Shown here in pieces: positions 29,469-38,086 of a stretch of 44,150 bases of DNA. The notes beneath the pieces are model-generated. The model was not told where the DNA came from and ran no database searches. It saw only the letters and a program-made list of their open reading frames with translations. Both the position numbers and the translations under genes were made by a program. Origin of the DNA: Candidatus Thorarchaeota archaeon (GTDB lineage: Archaea; Asgardarchaeota; Thorarchaeia; Thorarchaeales; Thorarchaeaceae); the NCBI GenBank assembly GCA_048882325.1, contig JBHLRS010000026.1, forward strand, positions 1-44,150, read 5' to 3'. Numbering within the stretch: the first letter of the stretch is position 1; every line of letters begins with the position of its first letter.

Positions 29469-30407
29469 ATGGCAAGACCGGCACGGACCACAGTGAACAA
29501 ACGCATGGCAGTCTGTTCTGTATGTGGTGGTAGTGATTTTTACCAAGACTTGACACGTGGTGAACACATCTGCACTTCATGCGGTTGTGTGGTGAACGAG
29601 AGAATCTTAGATACTGGACCTGAGTGGCGTGCATTCACTGCTGAAGAGAGGAATGCTAGAGCAAGAACAGGTTCACCGATGACATTGACAATGGCAGACA
29701 AGGGGCTTGCTACGACAATCGGCTGGAGCGACAGGGATGCTAATGGACGCGCAATTGCCGCTAGCAGTCGGGCTGCAATCTACCGAATGCGGAAGTGGCA
29801 GATTAGGACACTGGTTCATAGCTCTCAGCATAGGAACCTTAGCATTGCGATGAGTGAGATGGACAGATTAACCTCACAGCTTGGGGTTCCCAGCGAAACC
29901 AAAGAAACCTCTGCACTAATCTACAGAAAAGCACTTAGCAAACGTCTCGTCAGAGGAAGAAGCATAGAAGGCATGGTCGCTGCAACAATCTATCTCTCTT
30001 GCAGGATTCACAAGATTCCAAGACAGCTTGATGAGATTGTCACTGAAGCGCGAGTCAATAGAAAGGAGCTTGGTCAATGTGTTCGTCTGATCCTGAGAAA
30101 CGTTGACGTGAAGGTTCCAATCCCATCTGCTAACGATCTGATGCCAAGAATCTCCGCAGACCTCGGCCTTGATGGCAAGACTGTCCAGACAGCAATGAAC
30201 ATCATCAATGACGCTCGTGAGAGAGGTATCACTGCAGGAAAGGACCCAGGTGGTCTTGCGGCTGCGGCACTCTACATCGCAGGCATCATTGAAGATGATC
30301 GACGAACCCAGAGAGAGATTGCTGAGGCGTCTAATGTTACTGAAGTGACTGTTCGGAATAGGTACAAGGACCTTGCCAACAGCCTTCAAATTACAATCAA
30401 ACCATAG
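29469..30407 (+). CDS. tfb: Transcription initiation factor IIB (TFB)
   Basis: Zn ribbon CSVC...CTSC, B-reader DTGPEWRAF, two cyclin repeats (LVRGRS, GKDPGGLAAAALY, TEVTVRNRY). Confidence 0.97.
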   Translation: MARPARTTVNKRMAVCSVCGGSDFYQDLTRGEHICTSCGCVVNERILDTGPEWRAFTAEERNARARTGSPMTLTMADKGLATTIGWSDRDANGRAIAASSRAAIYRMRKWQIRTLVHSSQHRNLSIAMSEMDRLTSQLGVPSETKETSALIYRKALSKRLVRGRSIEGMVAATIYLSCRIHKIPRQLDEIVTEARVNRKELGQCVRLILRNVDVKVPIPSANDLMPRISADLGLDGKTVQTAMNIINDARERGITAGKDPGGLAAAALYIAGIIEDDRRTQREIAEASNVTEVTVRNRYKDLANSLQITIKP

Positions 30408-30446
30408 TGGTTGGGATTATTCCCAACTACTCTCTTCCTATTTTTC
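30406..30446 (+). terminator. Stem-loop plus pyrimidine tract after tfb
   Basis: AGTGGTTGGGA-TTAT-TCCCAACTACT (11 bp, one GU) followed by CTCTTCCTATTTTTC. Confidence 0.5.
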
Positions 30447-30491
30447 CATTACATTCATTTGTTTGAGGGGTAAGACCGTTTCTGCATCAAA

Positions 30492-31241
30492 ATGACACAG
30501 TTCATTCTCGCGCTTTGTGGTCTTCCAGCGTCTGGCAAGTCTGCTCTAGCAGATGCTATTAAGAAGACACTGGACTTCAACGTAGAGATAGTAAGAACAG
30601 ATGACTGGCGGAACGATGAATATTATACTGATTGGGTACCGGAGAAAGAAAAGCCAGTTCGTGAAGCAGCACTGAAAAGTGTAGAGAAACTCATCGCACA
30701 AGGAAAGAGCGTTATTCATGATGACACGAATTACTATACTAGCATGCGACATGAGTTGTTCAAATTAGCCCTGAAGAATAAGTGTGGATTCACCATTATC
30801 CATGTCACTACAGCAGTAACCACTGCCCTGCAATGGAATCGAGAAAGAGTTGAAACTAAGATTCCTGATAGTGTGATTGAAGATATTAGTGAGCGGTTTG
30901 ATAATCCAGGAAGACGTTATCTCTGGGACAATTCAGATTTTGAAGTCGATATGGAAATGCAAACCTTGAGCGAAGTTGTTCCCGAAATCATTGAGATTCT
31001 TGAGAATCTTGAGCCTGCAATAAAACCGAAACCAAGACTGATTAGGCAGACAGTGTTTGAGAAATTGGATATTGAAACAAGGCAGGTTGTTTCAGAGTTC
31101 CTCAAAGAAAATCCACGTTTTAGAGGACGGAGAGAGATTTCGATAATCCGAAGAAATTTCCTGCAAAAAGTCAGTGAGAAGGAAATTCCAGCAAAGGATG
31201 TTCGCAAGTTATTGTGGTCAGAACTTTCGGAATTGAAGTAA
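30492..31241 (+). CDS. pstK: O-phosphoseryl-tRNA(Sec) kinase
   Basis: P-loop GLPASGKS, DDTNYYTSMR, WNRER, RFDNPGRRYLWD. Adjacent to tRNA-Sec. Confidence 0.9.
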   Translation: MTQFILALCGLPASGKSALADAIKKTLDFNVEIVRTDDWRNDEYYTDWVPEKEKPVREAALKSVEKLIAQGKSVIHDDTNYYTSMRHELFKLALKNKCGFTIIHVTTAVTTALQWNRERVETKIPDSVIEDISERFDNPGRRYLWDNSDFEVDMEMQTLSEVVPEIIEILENLEPAIKPKPRLIRQTVFEKLDIETRQVVSEFLKENPRFRGRREISIIRRNFLQKVSEKEIPAKDVRKLLWSELSELK

Positions 31242-31332
31242 TGGCGGCCCCCTAAGAGAATCGAACTCTCAACGCTTGCACGTTCATGGGTTTGAAGCCC
31301 ACGGAACCAGACCACCGGTCCTGTAGAGGGCC
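31242..31332 (-). tRNA. selC: tRNA-Sec (anticodon UCA), archaeal/eukaryotic 9/4 fold, CCA encoded
   Basis: The minus strand GGCCCTCTA-CA-GGACCGG-TGGT-CTGGTTC-CGTGGG-CTTCAAA-CCCATG-AACGT-GCAA-GCGTT-G-AGAG-TTCGATT-CTCT-TAGGGGGCC-G-CCA folds into a 9-bp acceptor stem, 7-bp D stem with 4-nt loop, 6-bp anticodon stem with TCA, long variable arm, 4-bp T stem and G73. Confidence 0.97.
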
Positions 31333-31361
31333 ATAATAGTAGCGAAAATCGGATTCTGAAT

Positions 31362-32027
31362 CTAAATGTAACGGCTAATGATGTCCTGTGTTTCTCGTTT
31401 CCACTCGATGCTCTTTTTAGCGAGTTCAGCAGCGAAATTTCCAGGCATTGTTTCTTCTCGCGGCAGAGATTCAATCTTTGATAGCCATGCTGAAGTGGTA
31501 AGAGTGAGAGGTGGAACTCCTTCATCACCTTCTGTCGCTTTGATCACCATCTCCCTGCCGTGTGCCACCTGAATATAGACATCACTTGCTGGCGCTTTGG
31601 AGAGTATCTCTTTAACCACCTTGTCCCAGCAGGTCTTAGCTACTAAAGCCCTTCTGAGTTTGGACTTGTCCTCATCAAGAAGCGATTCATACTTTGTTAT
31701 AGATTCATTCATGGCTCGGATATGGTCATCAATGTAAACTGAGAGAGCAACTTCATCATGCCCTTCAGCCACTAATTCCACAGCTGATGTAGATTCGGTC
31801 ACATGGAAGGTCACGAAAGCGCTTTCACCACCGATTTTTAGTGAGAATTTTGCGGAGCCTTGGAAATCTTGACTCTCAGCCTCACTATGCTCAATCAATA
31901 TCAGATTTGGTTTTGAAGCGACTACATACCAGACAAGTCTGAAAACAACATCTGGTTCGCTGCTGCTGATTTTTTCTTCCCTGGAGACCCGCACCAAATC
32001 GCCATTCACGTATCTTGCCTCCCTCAA
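31362..32027 (-). CDS. Hypothetical protein inside the selB-sepsecS-tRNA(Sec) run
   Basis: 221-aa ORF filling the gap between SepSecS and tRNA-Sec. No recognisable catalytic motif; the start codon is uncertain. Confidence 0.7.
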   Translation of the reverse strand: MREARYVNGDLVRVSREEKISSSEPDVVFRLVWYVVASKPNLILIEHSEAESQDFQGSAKFSLKIGGESAFVTFHVTESTSAVELVAEGHDEVALSVYIDDHIRAMNESITKYESLLDEDKSKLRRALVAKTCWDKVVKEILSKAPASDVYIQVAHGREMVIKATEGDEGVPPLTLTTSAWLSKIESLPREETMPGNFAAELAKKSIEWKRETQDIISRYI

Positions 32028-32039
32028 GGGTGTTTTAGT

Positions 32040-33359
32040 CTATTTACTGGCCTCCTTATAGAGTTTGGTTGTTGCTGCTACTATGTCGCTACTAGAGGCG
32101 CCAATAGCGGCATTCATCACTATATAGCTATAGGGATAATTATCACTTGAAGACCCAAACTCACCTTTCCCAACTGCCCGGGGACCAGTCACTCGTGCAT
32201 TGTACAATCGCCCCCCGATGTCCTTGACATCCAGACCATCCATGGTAATCGCACATGCTACAGGATTCCAGACTGAGAGTATCCTTTGCTTGAGTTTGTC
32301 AGCGATTTCGGTCATCTCTTTCTGGAGGAGCTGCAGATTCTCAATCTGTTGTCGTTGCAAGTCCTTGTAGTTCTCCAATCCAATAGCCAATAGGGCTGCT
32401 AGTGTCTGAACAACTGGAGCTGCGGTGGCACGTCCAGCATAGGTGTCAGTTACCTGTTTGATGAAGTCTTGAGTTGGAGAAACTATGATTGATGCACCGA
32501 CCGGTGCAAGAAAGTTTTTGTCACTGCTTTGGACTACAGCATCAACTCGACCTGCATCAACTGCAGATCTTATCTCACTCATTATGCGCTCCGACTGAAT
32601 GCCATATGCGTTGTTTATCACTAATGGAAGATCATTATCAGCACAGACCTTAGCAATCTTTTTCACAGGATCAGATTCTCTCGGCGGAAAGAAAGTTGTC
32701 GTTGCAAGAACTGCAATGGGGCCTCCCATCTTGATTCGCTTCTCTAGCTCATCAATATCAGCTTGTACTGCGTCTCCTTCGATAACATTGGGGATCATGA
32801 CATTCTCGAGTCCAGCGAACGAGATTGCACGGATAGGTGATGTGTGATCAATTCGGGGAAAGAGAACCTGTTTGATTCCATTCTCTCGTCGAAGAGCGCT
32901 AAGTACTAGAGCTATACTCATTCCTGTCGAGAGTGGAGCTACGATACCGGATTTCATATTGCTAAGACCAAGCTTTCGTACTGCATCCAGTGCCACATTG
33001 TTAGCAACCTGTTGCATCAGGGATGCTCCCGGTGCTTTGGGTTGCGGCGCCACTAGTTGACCACTTCTCCCGATTCCATGATTGAAACCTGCTGAAAGAC
33101 GACCAATGAACGGAGACGCAATTCTACCCTCGCGTTCTCCTACTCTGGCGGCTTCTGGGTCTTTGTCCGTATCAAGTGATGAGAGGAACTGAAGCATCAT
33201 CTCTATTTGATGTTCAGTAAATGCACTGTCTGGAAACTGTCTTCTGTTCAGAACATCCCGCACGGGACCTAAAAGTGAATCTATCGTGATTCTTCCCCGC
33301 TGAAGCATGCTTTTGGGGATGTTCTTCTCGAGGATACGCTCAATCTCATCATTGTCCAA
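32040..33359 (-). CDS. spcS: O-phosphoseryl-tRNA(Sec) selenium transferase (SepSecS)
   Basis: VGEREGRI, HGIGRSG, QPKAPG, STGMS, RIDH, NNAYG, PLP-Lys QSSDKNF, YAGRA. Confidence 0.95.
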   Translation of the reverse strand: MDNDEIERILEKNIPKSMLQRGRITIDSLLGPVRDVLNRRQFPDSAFTEHQIEMMLQFLSSLDTDKDPEAARVGEREGRIASPFIGRLSAGFNHGIGRSGQLVAPQPKAPGASLMQQVANNVALDAVRKLGLSNMKSGIVAPLSTGMSIALVLSALRRENGIKQVLFPRIDHTSPIRAISFAGLENVMIPNVIEGDAVQADIDELEKRIKMGGPIAVLATTTFFPPRESDPVKKIAKVCADNDLPLVINNAYGIQSERIMSEIRSAVDAGRVDAVVQSSDKNFLAPVGASIIVSPTQDFIKQVTDTYAGRATAAPVVQTLAALLAIGLENYKDLQRQQIENLQLLQKEMTEIADKLKQRILSVWNPVACAITMDGLDVKDIGGRLYNARVTGPRAVGKGEFGSSSDNYPYSYIVMNAAIGASSSDIVAATTKLYKEASK

Positions 33360-34743
33360 ACCTGTACTCCTCCTCTGCCAAGCGTTGATAACTCACCAGC
33401 TCTGAATCTTTGACTGGATGGTCAAACTCAACTGATACAACACCACGAGTACCAAAGGACTGCCTAATAACACCAACCACACCGCTATCAGCGTGGACCT
33501 TGGAGCCAACCAACCTCTCAGCAATCTCCTTACTTGATGCGAGCCCCTCCACAAGCACATCACCTTTACGAATCCTATGAACTTTGCCAAATCTGGTTCT
33601 AGGTCTTGAGAGAATTATCTTTTCAGGAGTCTCGGTGACTTCTCCTGACCCTATGATTCGCATCTGTGTTGGGGGTAGATCAGTCCGAAGCAAAAGAACT
33701 TTGGCTCCTTTTGTGAGTGCGATTGGTTTCTGTAGCAATAGAGCTGCGTTGAACTCTGTGGTTTCTGTTTCATCCAGAACAATACTGGCGTCATTAGAGA
33801 TTTTGTATGGTAGGACCTGTCCTGTGACTGCAGGCATACCAGCGGAGATACTCACTGTCATTTTCTTCGTTATTCTACCGCGGTATAACGGATTCACTGT
33901 CAGCTGGGCAATGAAACCCTTTGTCCGGACCATACTCTTAGGTGTACAAAGATAATCACCACGAGTTATCTCTGTATCATCAAACTCTGGCACATTCACA
34001 CCCACTCTATCTCCCGCTTGCGCCTGGTTTCGTTGTGTGCCGAATGTCTGGATTGATCGGATTCTACTAGTTTTTCCAAGTGGAGCGAGTTCCAATTTGT
34101 CTCCGAGCTTGATACTTCCCCTCTGAATGGTGCCAGTGACTACAGTCCCATGTCCTTTGATAGGAAATGCATGATCTATTGGAATGGACACTGGACCTTC
34201 ATACATCCTCTCTCGGGGTGTGAGTATCTTCAGAAGTGATGTTCTGAGTTCGTCAAGACCTTCACCCTTCATGGCAGAAACATGAACAATAGCAGCAGTC
34301 GAATACGGGGTGCCTTTCAGGATTGTTCTAATCTGATCATCAAGATGTCCAAACTTATCTGATGAAAAGAGGTCAGCCTTTGTCACAGCGACAAGAATTC
34401 TTTCCACACCCATAGACTGGAGGACAACAAGATGCTCTCCAGTCTGTATCATCGGACCTTCATCAGCAGCAACAACCAAAATTGCGGCATCTATGATATT
34501 TGAACCAGCAACGACACTACGAATCAGGTCAGCGTGACCGGGAGAATCAACAAGTGTAACCAGATACTCATCCAGCACAAACATGGTAAAGCCTAGATCA
34601 ATGGTGATACCTCGTTGCTGAGCCTGAGGATGCTTGTCAAGTCCAGCTGTGGAAACTTTCTCACTTAGGACATTAGCCAGTGCGGTCTTTCCATGGTCAA
34701 TGTGACCCATCAGCCCCACATGAACAGGGACAAGGTTGTCCAT
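33349..34743 (-). CDS. selB: Selenocysteine-specific elongation factor (archaeal SelB)
   Basis: GHIDHGKT, STAGLDKHPQ..RGITIDLGF, DSPGH, IDHAFPIKGHGTVVTGT, LRTDLPPTQMRI, short archaeal-type domain IV. Confidence 0.95.
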   Translation of the reverse strand: MDNLVPVHVGLMGHIDHGKTALANVLSEKVSTAGLDKHPQAQQRGITIDLGFTMFVLDEYLVTLVDSPGHADLIRSVVAGSNIIDAAILVVAADEGPMIQTGEHLVVLQSMGVERILVAVTKADLFSSDKFGHLDDQIRTILKGTPYSTAAIVHVSAMKGEGLDELRTSLLKILTPRERMYEGPVSIPIDHAFPIKGHGTVVTGTIQRGSIKLGDKLELAPLGKTSRIRSIQTFGTQRNQAQAGDRVGVNVPEFDDTEITRGDYLCTPKSMVRTKGFIAQLTVNPLYRGRITKKMTVSISAGMPAVTGQVLPYKISNDASIVLDETETTEFNAALLLQKPIALTKGAKVLLLRTDLPPTQMRIIGSGEVTETPEKIILSRPRTRFGKVHRIRKGDVLVEGLASSKEIAERLVGSKVHADSGVVGVIRQSFGTRGVVSVEFDHPVKDSELVSYQRLAEEEYRFGQ

Positions 34744-34834
34744 ATCATTGCCTCAGGTCATTGAGAATACTTCACGCATAAAACCTTAGTGAGATACAGA
34801 GCAGTTTATTGGGACCGTTGTCTGACAATGATAC

Positions 34835-35260
34835 ATGGTTTCACGGTCTCTTGAGAAGATGATGCTCATAGCAATTGGACTCACAACTGTGGTCATTGTT
34901 GGTGTTCCAGTATTGATGTATGCGATTGATACTATCAATACAACCTCACAACTTCAAGAGGTGCAATATGCTGCGTCGCAAATGCACAATGCGACAAGAG
35001 ATGTAGACACAGGTGTTTCCAACTCAACCTCGATCACGGTTTGGATACATCCGGGCGTTACACTGACCGCCGTGGGACATACACTGACCGTGTCATATAG
35101 TGATAACGGAGCTACACCGAGAGCATGGCCATCGACGTATAATCACGACATCACAATCGACCAGCTCTTTCAGTCACATAATGATAGTACTCTTTACACC
35201 ATGGAAGTGGTGCTAGTTGATAATGTGATTCACATCTCATTTTTCGCGGTTCCGATATGA
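34835..35260 (+). CDS. Membrane-anchored hypothetical protein, possibly pilin-like
   Basis: N-terminal SLE followed by a hydrophobic helix, then a Thr/Ser-rich beta region with N-x-S/T sequons. Confidence 0.5.
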   Translation: MVSRSLEKMMLIAIGLTTVVIVGVPVLMYAIDTINTTSQLQEVQYAASQMHNATRDVDTGVSNSTSITVWIHPGVTLTAVGHTLTVSYSDNGATPRAWPSTYNHDITIDQLFQSHNDSTLYTMEVVLVDNVIHISFFAVPI

Positions 35261-35286
35261 TACAGGAAGGTGGATGAATTAGAACA

Positions 35287-35302
35287 CAACGTTTTTAATC
35301 TC
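35287..35302 (+). promoter_or_regulatory. Putative BRE/TATA promoter
   Basis: CAACGTTTTTAATCTC, 15/16 identical to 15376-15391. Confidence 0.5.
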
Positions 35303-35348
35303 GGCTCAGATTCACGCCGCCAACACCCTTTGGCGAGGACTGAATGCA

Positions 35349-36407
35349 ATGGCAGAGGATGTCGATAGAGTCGACGAAACAGGATCTGATGAAGAAGAGT
35401 CCGAGCTGGAGGAAGAGCCCCAGGAGTCAGAGCTGGGAGAGAAGGCGGAGAAAGAGAAGAGAAAGATCACCTTCAAGAATCCTCTTGGACTCATTTTCAA
35501 TATCAGAATGCTCCGTCGGATCTTTCAGATTCTTGCATTTATCGGAGTCAATGGATATATCCTCTTATCATGGTTCGGGATGCCCAACGTTCAGGCGTTT
35601 TGGCTATCAATCTGGCAGAACCTACCATCATTGCCAATCTTAGCCCCACTGGAGGCACCATTTGCAGTCATATCTGGGTCCTTTGACACCATGATTCGTG
35701 AGTTCTCGACTGGCATCTTTCCATTCTTCACAATTGGAGCCATGTTGATAATCACTGTAATTTTTGGTAGAGCTGCATGTGGCTGGATATGTCCAATTGG
35801 CACTATCCAAGACTTCGTTACCTTGCCAAAACGTACAAAGACTCGCCCGTCCCCAGGGACTGAGAAAGAGCTCAGAAGAGTCAAGGCGTATATCTTCGTC
35901 ATTACTGCATTCTTTGCAGTTTGGGTGGGCTTTTCACGTCTTACAGGAACTGCAGAAGTTCTTGTAACCGCTCTAGGAGACTTTGCTAACGATGTGTTTG
36001 GGCCCTTGAATCCAGCACGTATTCTGTTTGTTATACTACCGAAACAGGATTGGCCAATTAGTCTTCAAACCCTATGGTACTTCTCACGGTGGGAGTGGGC
36101 ATTCATACAGATGGTGTTTGTAATATCCATCTTTCTCATTTCAGTTTGGGTGCCAAGATGGTTCTGTCGATGGCTTTGTCCAGCAGGATGGTTCTACAGT
36201 ATCTTCTCACGTGACGCACTGATCGGGATTGGTAGAAATCCAGCACGATGCACACCAGACACCTGTAATGTCTGTGAAGTGGTCTGTCCAATGAACATTC
36301 GAATCCGTAGGTTCCCGTACAAACATATGCATAGTCCAGACTGTATAATGTGTCTAGAGTGTAAAAGTCACTGTCCAAACAATGCAATAGTCATCAGGTT
36401 CTCATAG
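35349..36407 (+). CDS. NapH/MauN/RdxA-like membrane polyferredoxin
   Basis: FGRAACGWICPIG, RWFCRWLCPAG, C-terminal CNVCEVVCP and CIMCLECKSHCP, several TMs, acidic N-tail. Confidence 0.85.
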   Translation: MAEDVDRVDETGSDEEESELEEEPQESELGEKAEKEKRKITFKNPLGLIFNIRMLRRIFQILAFIGVNGYILLSWFGMPNVQAFWLSIWQNLPSLPILAPLEAPFAVISGSFDTMIREFSTGIFPFFTIGAMLIITVIFGRAACGWICPIGTIQDFVTLPKRTKTRPSPGTEKELRRVKAYIFVITAFFAVWVGFSRLTGTAEVLVTALGDFANDVFGPLNPARILFVILPKQDWPISLQTLWYFSRWEWAFIQMVFVISIFLISVWVPRWFCRWLCPAGWFYSIFSRDALIGIGRNPARCTPDTCNVCEVVCPMNIRIRRFPYKHMHSPDCIMCLECKSHCPNNAIVIRFS

Positions 36408-36743
36408 ATTGAGATGACTTGAGGCCGCAAGCACTTTGTCGAATGCATCGTTAATCCTAGCATACATTTCCATAAGCTTGAGACCATCATCTGTAACTCT
36501 AGCACCACCGCCGCCTTCCGTACCGCCCTTGAAGGTTTCTACAAGGATTACACCTAGTTTCTTCTCAATCTTCTTGATGACTCCCCAAGCATAGCGATAG
36601 GACATCTTGAGTTTCTTAGCACCTTGAGTAATAGTACCCTCCTCATGAACGGACTTGAGAATGGCATATGCTCCTGGTCCAAAGATGTACTCTCCATTGC
36701 TTTCAAACCAGAGTTTGTAGTCTGGAACTAGCTTAGGACACAT
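36402..36743 (-). CDS. ModE-family winged-helix regulator (N-terminal domain only)
   Basis: KLW...FGPG...GTITQGAKKLKMSYRYAW...GGTEGGGARVT. No TOBE/Mop domain. Confidence 0.85.
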   Translation of the reverse strand: MCPKLVPDYKLWFESNGEYIFGPGAYAILKSVHEEGTITQGAKKLKMSYRYAWGVIKKIEKKLGVILVETFKGGTEGGGGARVTDDGLKLMEMYARINDAFDKVLAASSHLNL

Positions 36744-36801
36744 GTGAGGCCACTCCTTTCACAAGGTCTCAGGACCAGGCTTGTGATTTGCGGTGTTAGA
36801 A

Positions 36802-37029
36802 CTAATGACCCCATCTAAGGCGTTCTGGTTTTGTTGTGTCTTTCTTGTAGACCTTCTTCACTGTCTTCCAATGGTCAGAACAGAGATAGATCTTTCTGGA
36901 CCGTGCGTCCTTTACTTTTAGATTGGATTTTGCTACGCTCTCAGCGATTCGGTCTCTCTTCATAGACCTCTTTGAAGGTTTTCGGCAACCAACTATACTG
37001 CAAATCTTTTCTTCTGGCACTTGGGACAC
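36802..37029 (-). CDS. Small basic Zn-binding protein (Cx4C...CxxH)
   Basis: 75 aa, K/R rich, CSIVGC...YLCSDHWK. Confidence 0.7.
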   Translation of the reverse strand: MSQVPEEKICSIVGCRKPSKRSMKRDRIAESVAKSNLKVKDARSRKIYLCSDHWKTVKKVYKKDTTKPERLRWGH

Positions 37030-37078
37030 TTCAAGAGCATTGTCTAGTGTAAGGCATTATAACTATAGCGCATAGATA

Positions 37079-38077
37079 TCAAGTGTTCATATTCTTGGGT
37101 GTAAAGACACCACCCTCAGTGAAGTCAAAGAACACACATTCAGCACCCCCAAGCTCGAGCTTGACTGATTTTGAGTCATCTGTATAACCTATGACTGTTG
37201 CTGTGAGTCCATGACCTTCAGCTATACGTTTGACTGCTGGAAGATTGTGTTGTGTGGTTGCTACGAGAAAGCCCAATGAGATAAACATGCGAATCCAATC
37301 ATCCAATGAAATATCCACAGGTCGAGACGAGTCTAGAGCATCTAGACTCAACAATCCACCACAACCTGAATACTCCAACATCATTCCAGCTGTGCCAATA
37401 ACTCCAGCAACGGAAACATCTTTTGCAGCAGTCAGCAGTTGCTCACTCGCGAGTTCGTTCATCACAGAGAGTCTTTCGACAACTTCATCAGAGGACCGAC
37501 CAGTAACCGAGTCCCACCCGAGTTTATAGCTCTCACCACGCCGTCCAACCTCATCAAACAGCAACACCAGAACATTACCTGATTCAGCCCCACCAGCAGT
37601 GAGAAGGTTGTGTTTCCTAACCGTGCCTGTGGCTGAACCTACAACGTAGGTGGAGCTTGAATGTGGATTTGTATGGCCTCGGACAATTGGGACCCGGAAG
37701 GTTTGAGACCCAGTGATGAGACCATCAAGCAATTCCTCTCCAATTTCCGGATCAGAATACGACAAAGCCACTGCAAAGGAAGTTGGAGTACCACCAGCTG
37801 CATAAATGTCCATCATATTGGCAAGGACTGCATTGAATCCCGCTGCACGAGGATAGTTCAGACAAAGGTCTTCGACAATCCCATCTGTTGTCAGAAGCAC
37901 ATAATCGTCGGATTCTGTCACAATGGCTGCTGAATCCTCACCAAGACTGTGTGGTGTATTGCCGTTAAAGGATTCTAGACGAAGTTTATCAATTATAGAA
38001 GGAAGTACGAATTTCCTTGAGATTCCATCAAAGCTTAGGAGGAGATTCAAGATCTCATCTAGACGGCTCAAGTCCAA
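37079..38077 (-). CDS. AIR synthase-related protein (PurM/SelD/ThiL superfamily; methanogenesis-marker-2-like)
   Basis: LGEDSAAI, TTDGI, NMMDIYAAGGTP, VRGHT, AKDVSVAGVIGT. Confidence 0.8.
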   Translation of the reverse strand: MDLSRLDEILNLLLSFDGISRKFVLPSIIDKLRLESFNGNTPHSLGEDSAAIVTESDDYVLLTTDGIVEDLCLNYPRAAGFNAVLANMMDIYAAGGTPTSFAVALSYSDPEIGEELLDGLITGSQTFRVPIVRGHTNPHSSSTYVVGSATGTVRKHNLLTAGGAESGNVLVLLFDEVGRRGESYKLGWDSVTGRSSDEVVERLSVMNELASEQLLTAAKDVSVAGVIGTAGMMLEYSGCGGLLSLDALDSSRPVDISLDDWIRMFISLGFLVATTQHNLPAVKRIAEGHGLTATVIGYTDDSKSVKLELGGAECVFFDFTEGGVFTPKNMNT

Positions 38078-38086
38078 TCACTCTGT

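Noticed and set aside
30917-31528. 203-aa minus-strand ORF across PSTK and tRNA-Sec
   Set aside because: Shadow ORF overlapping well-supported genes.
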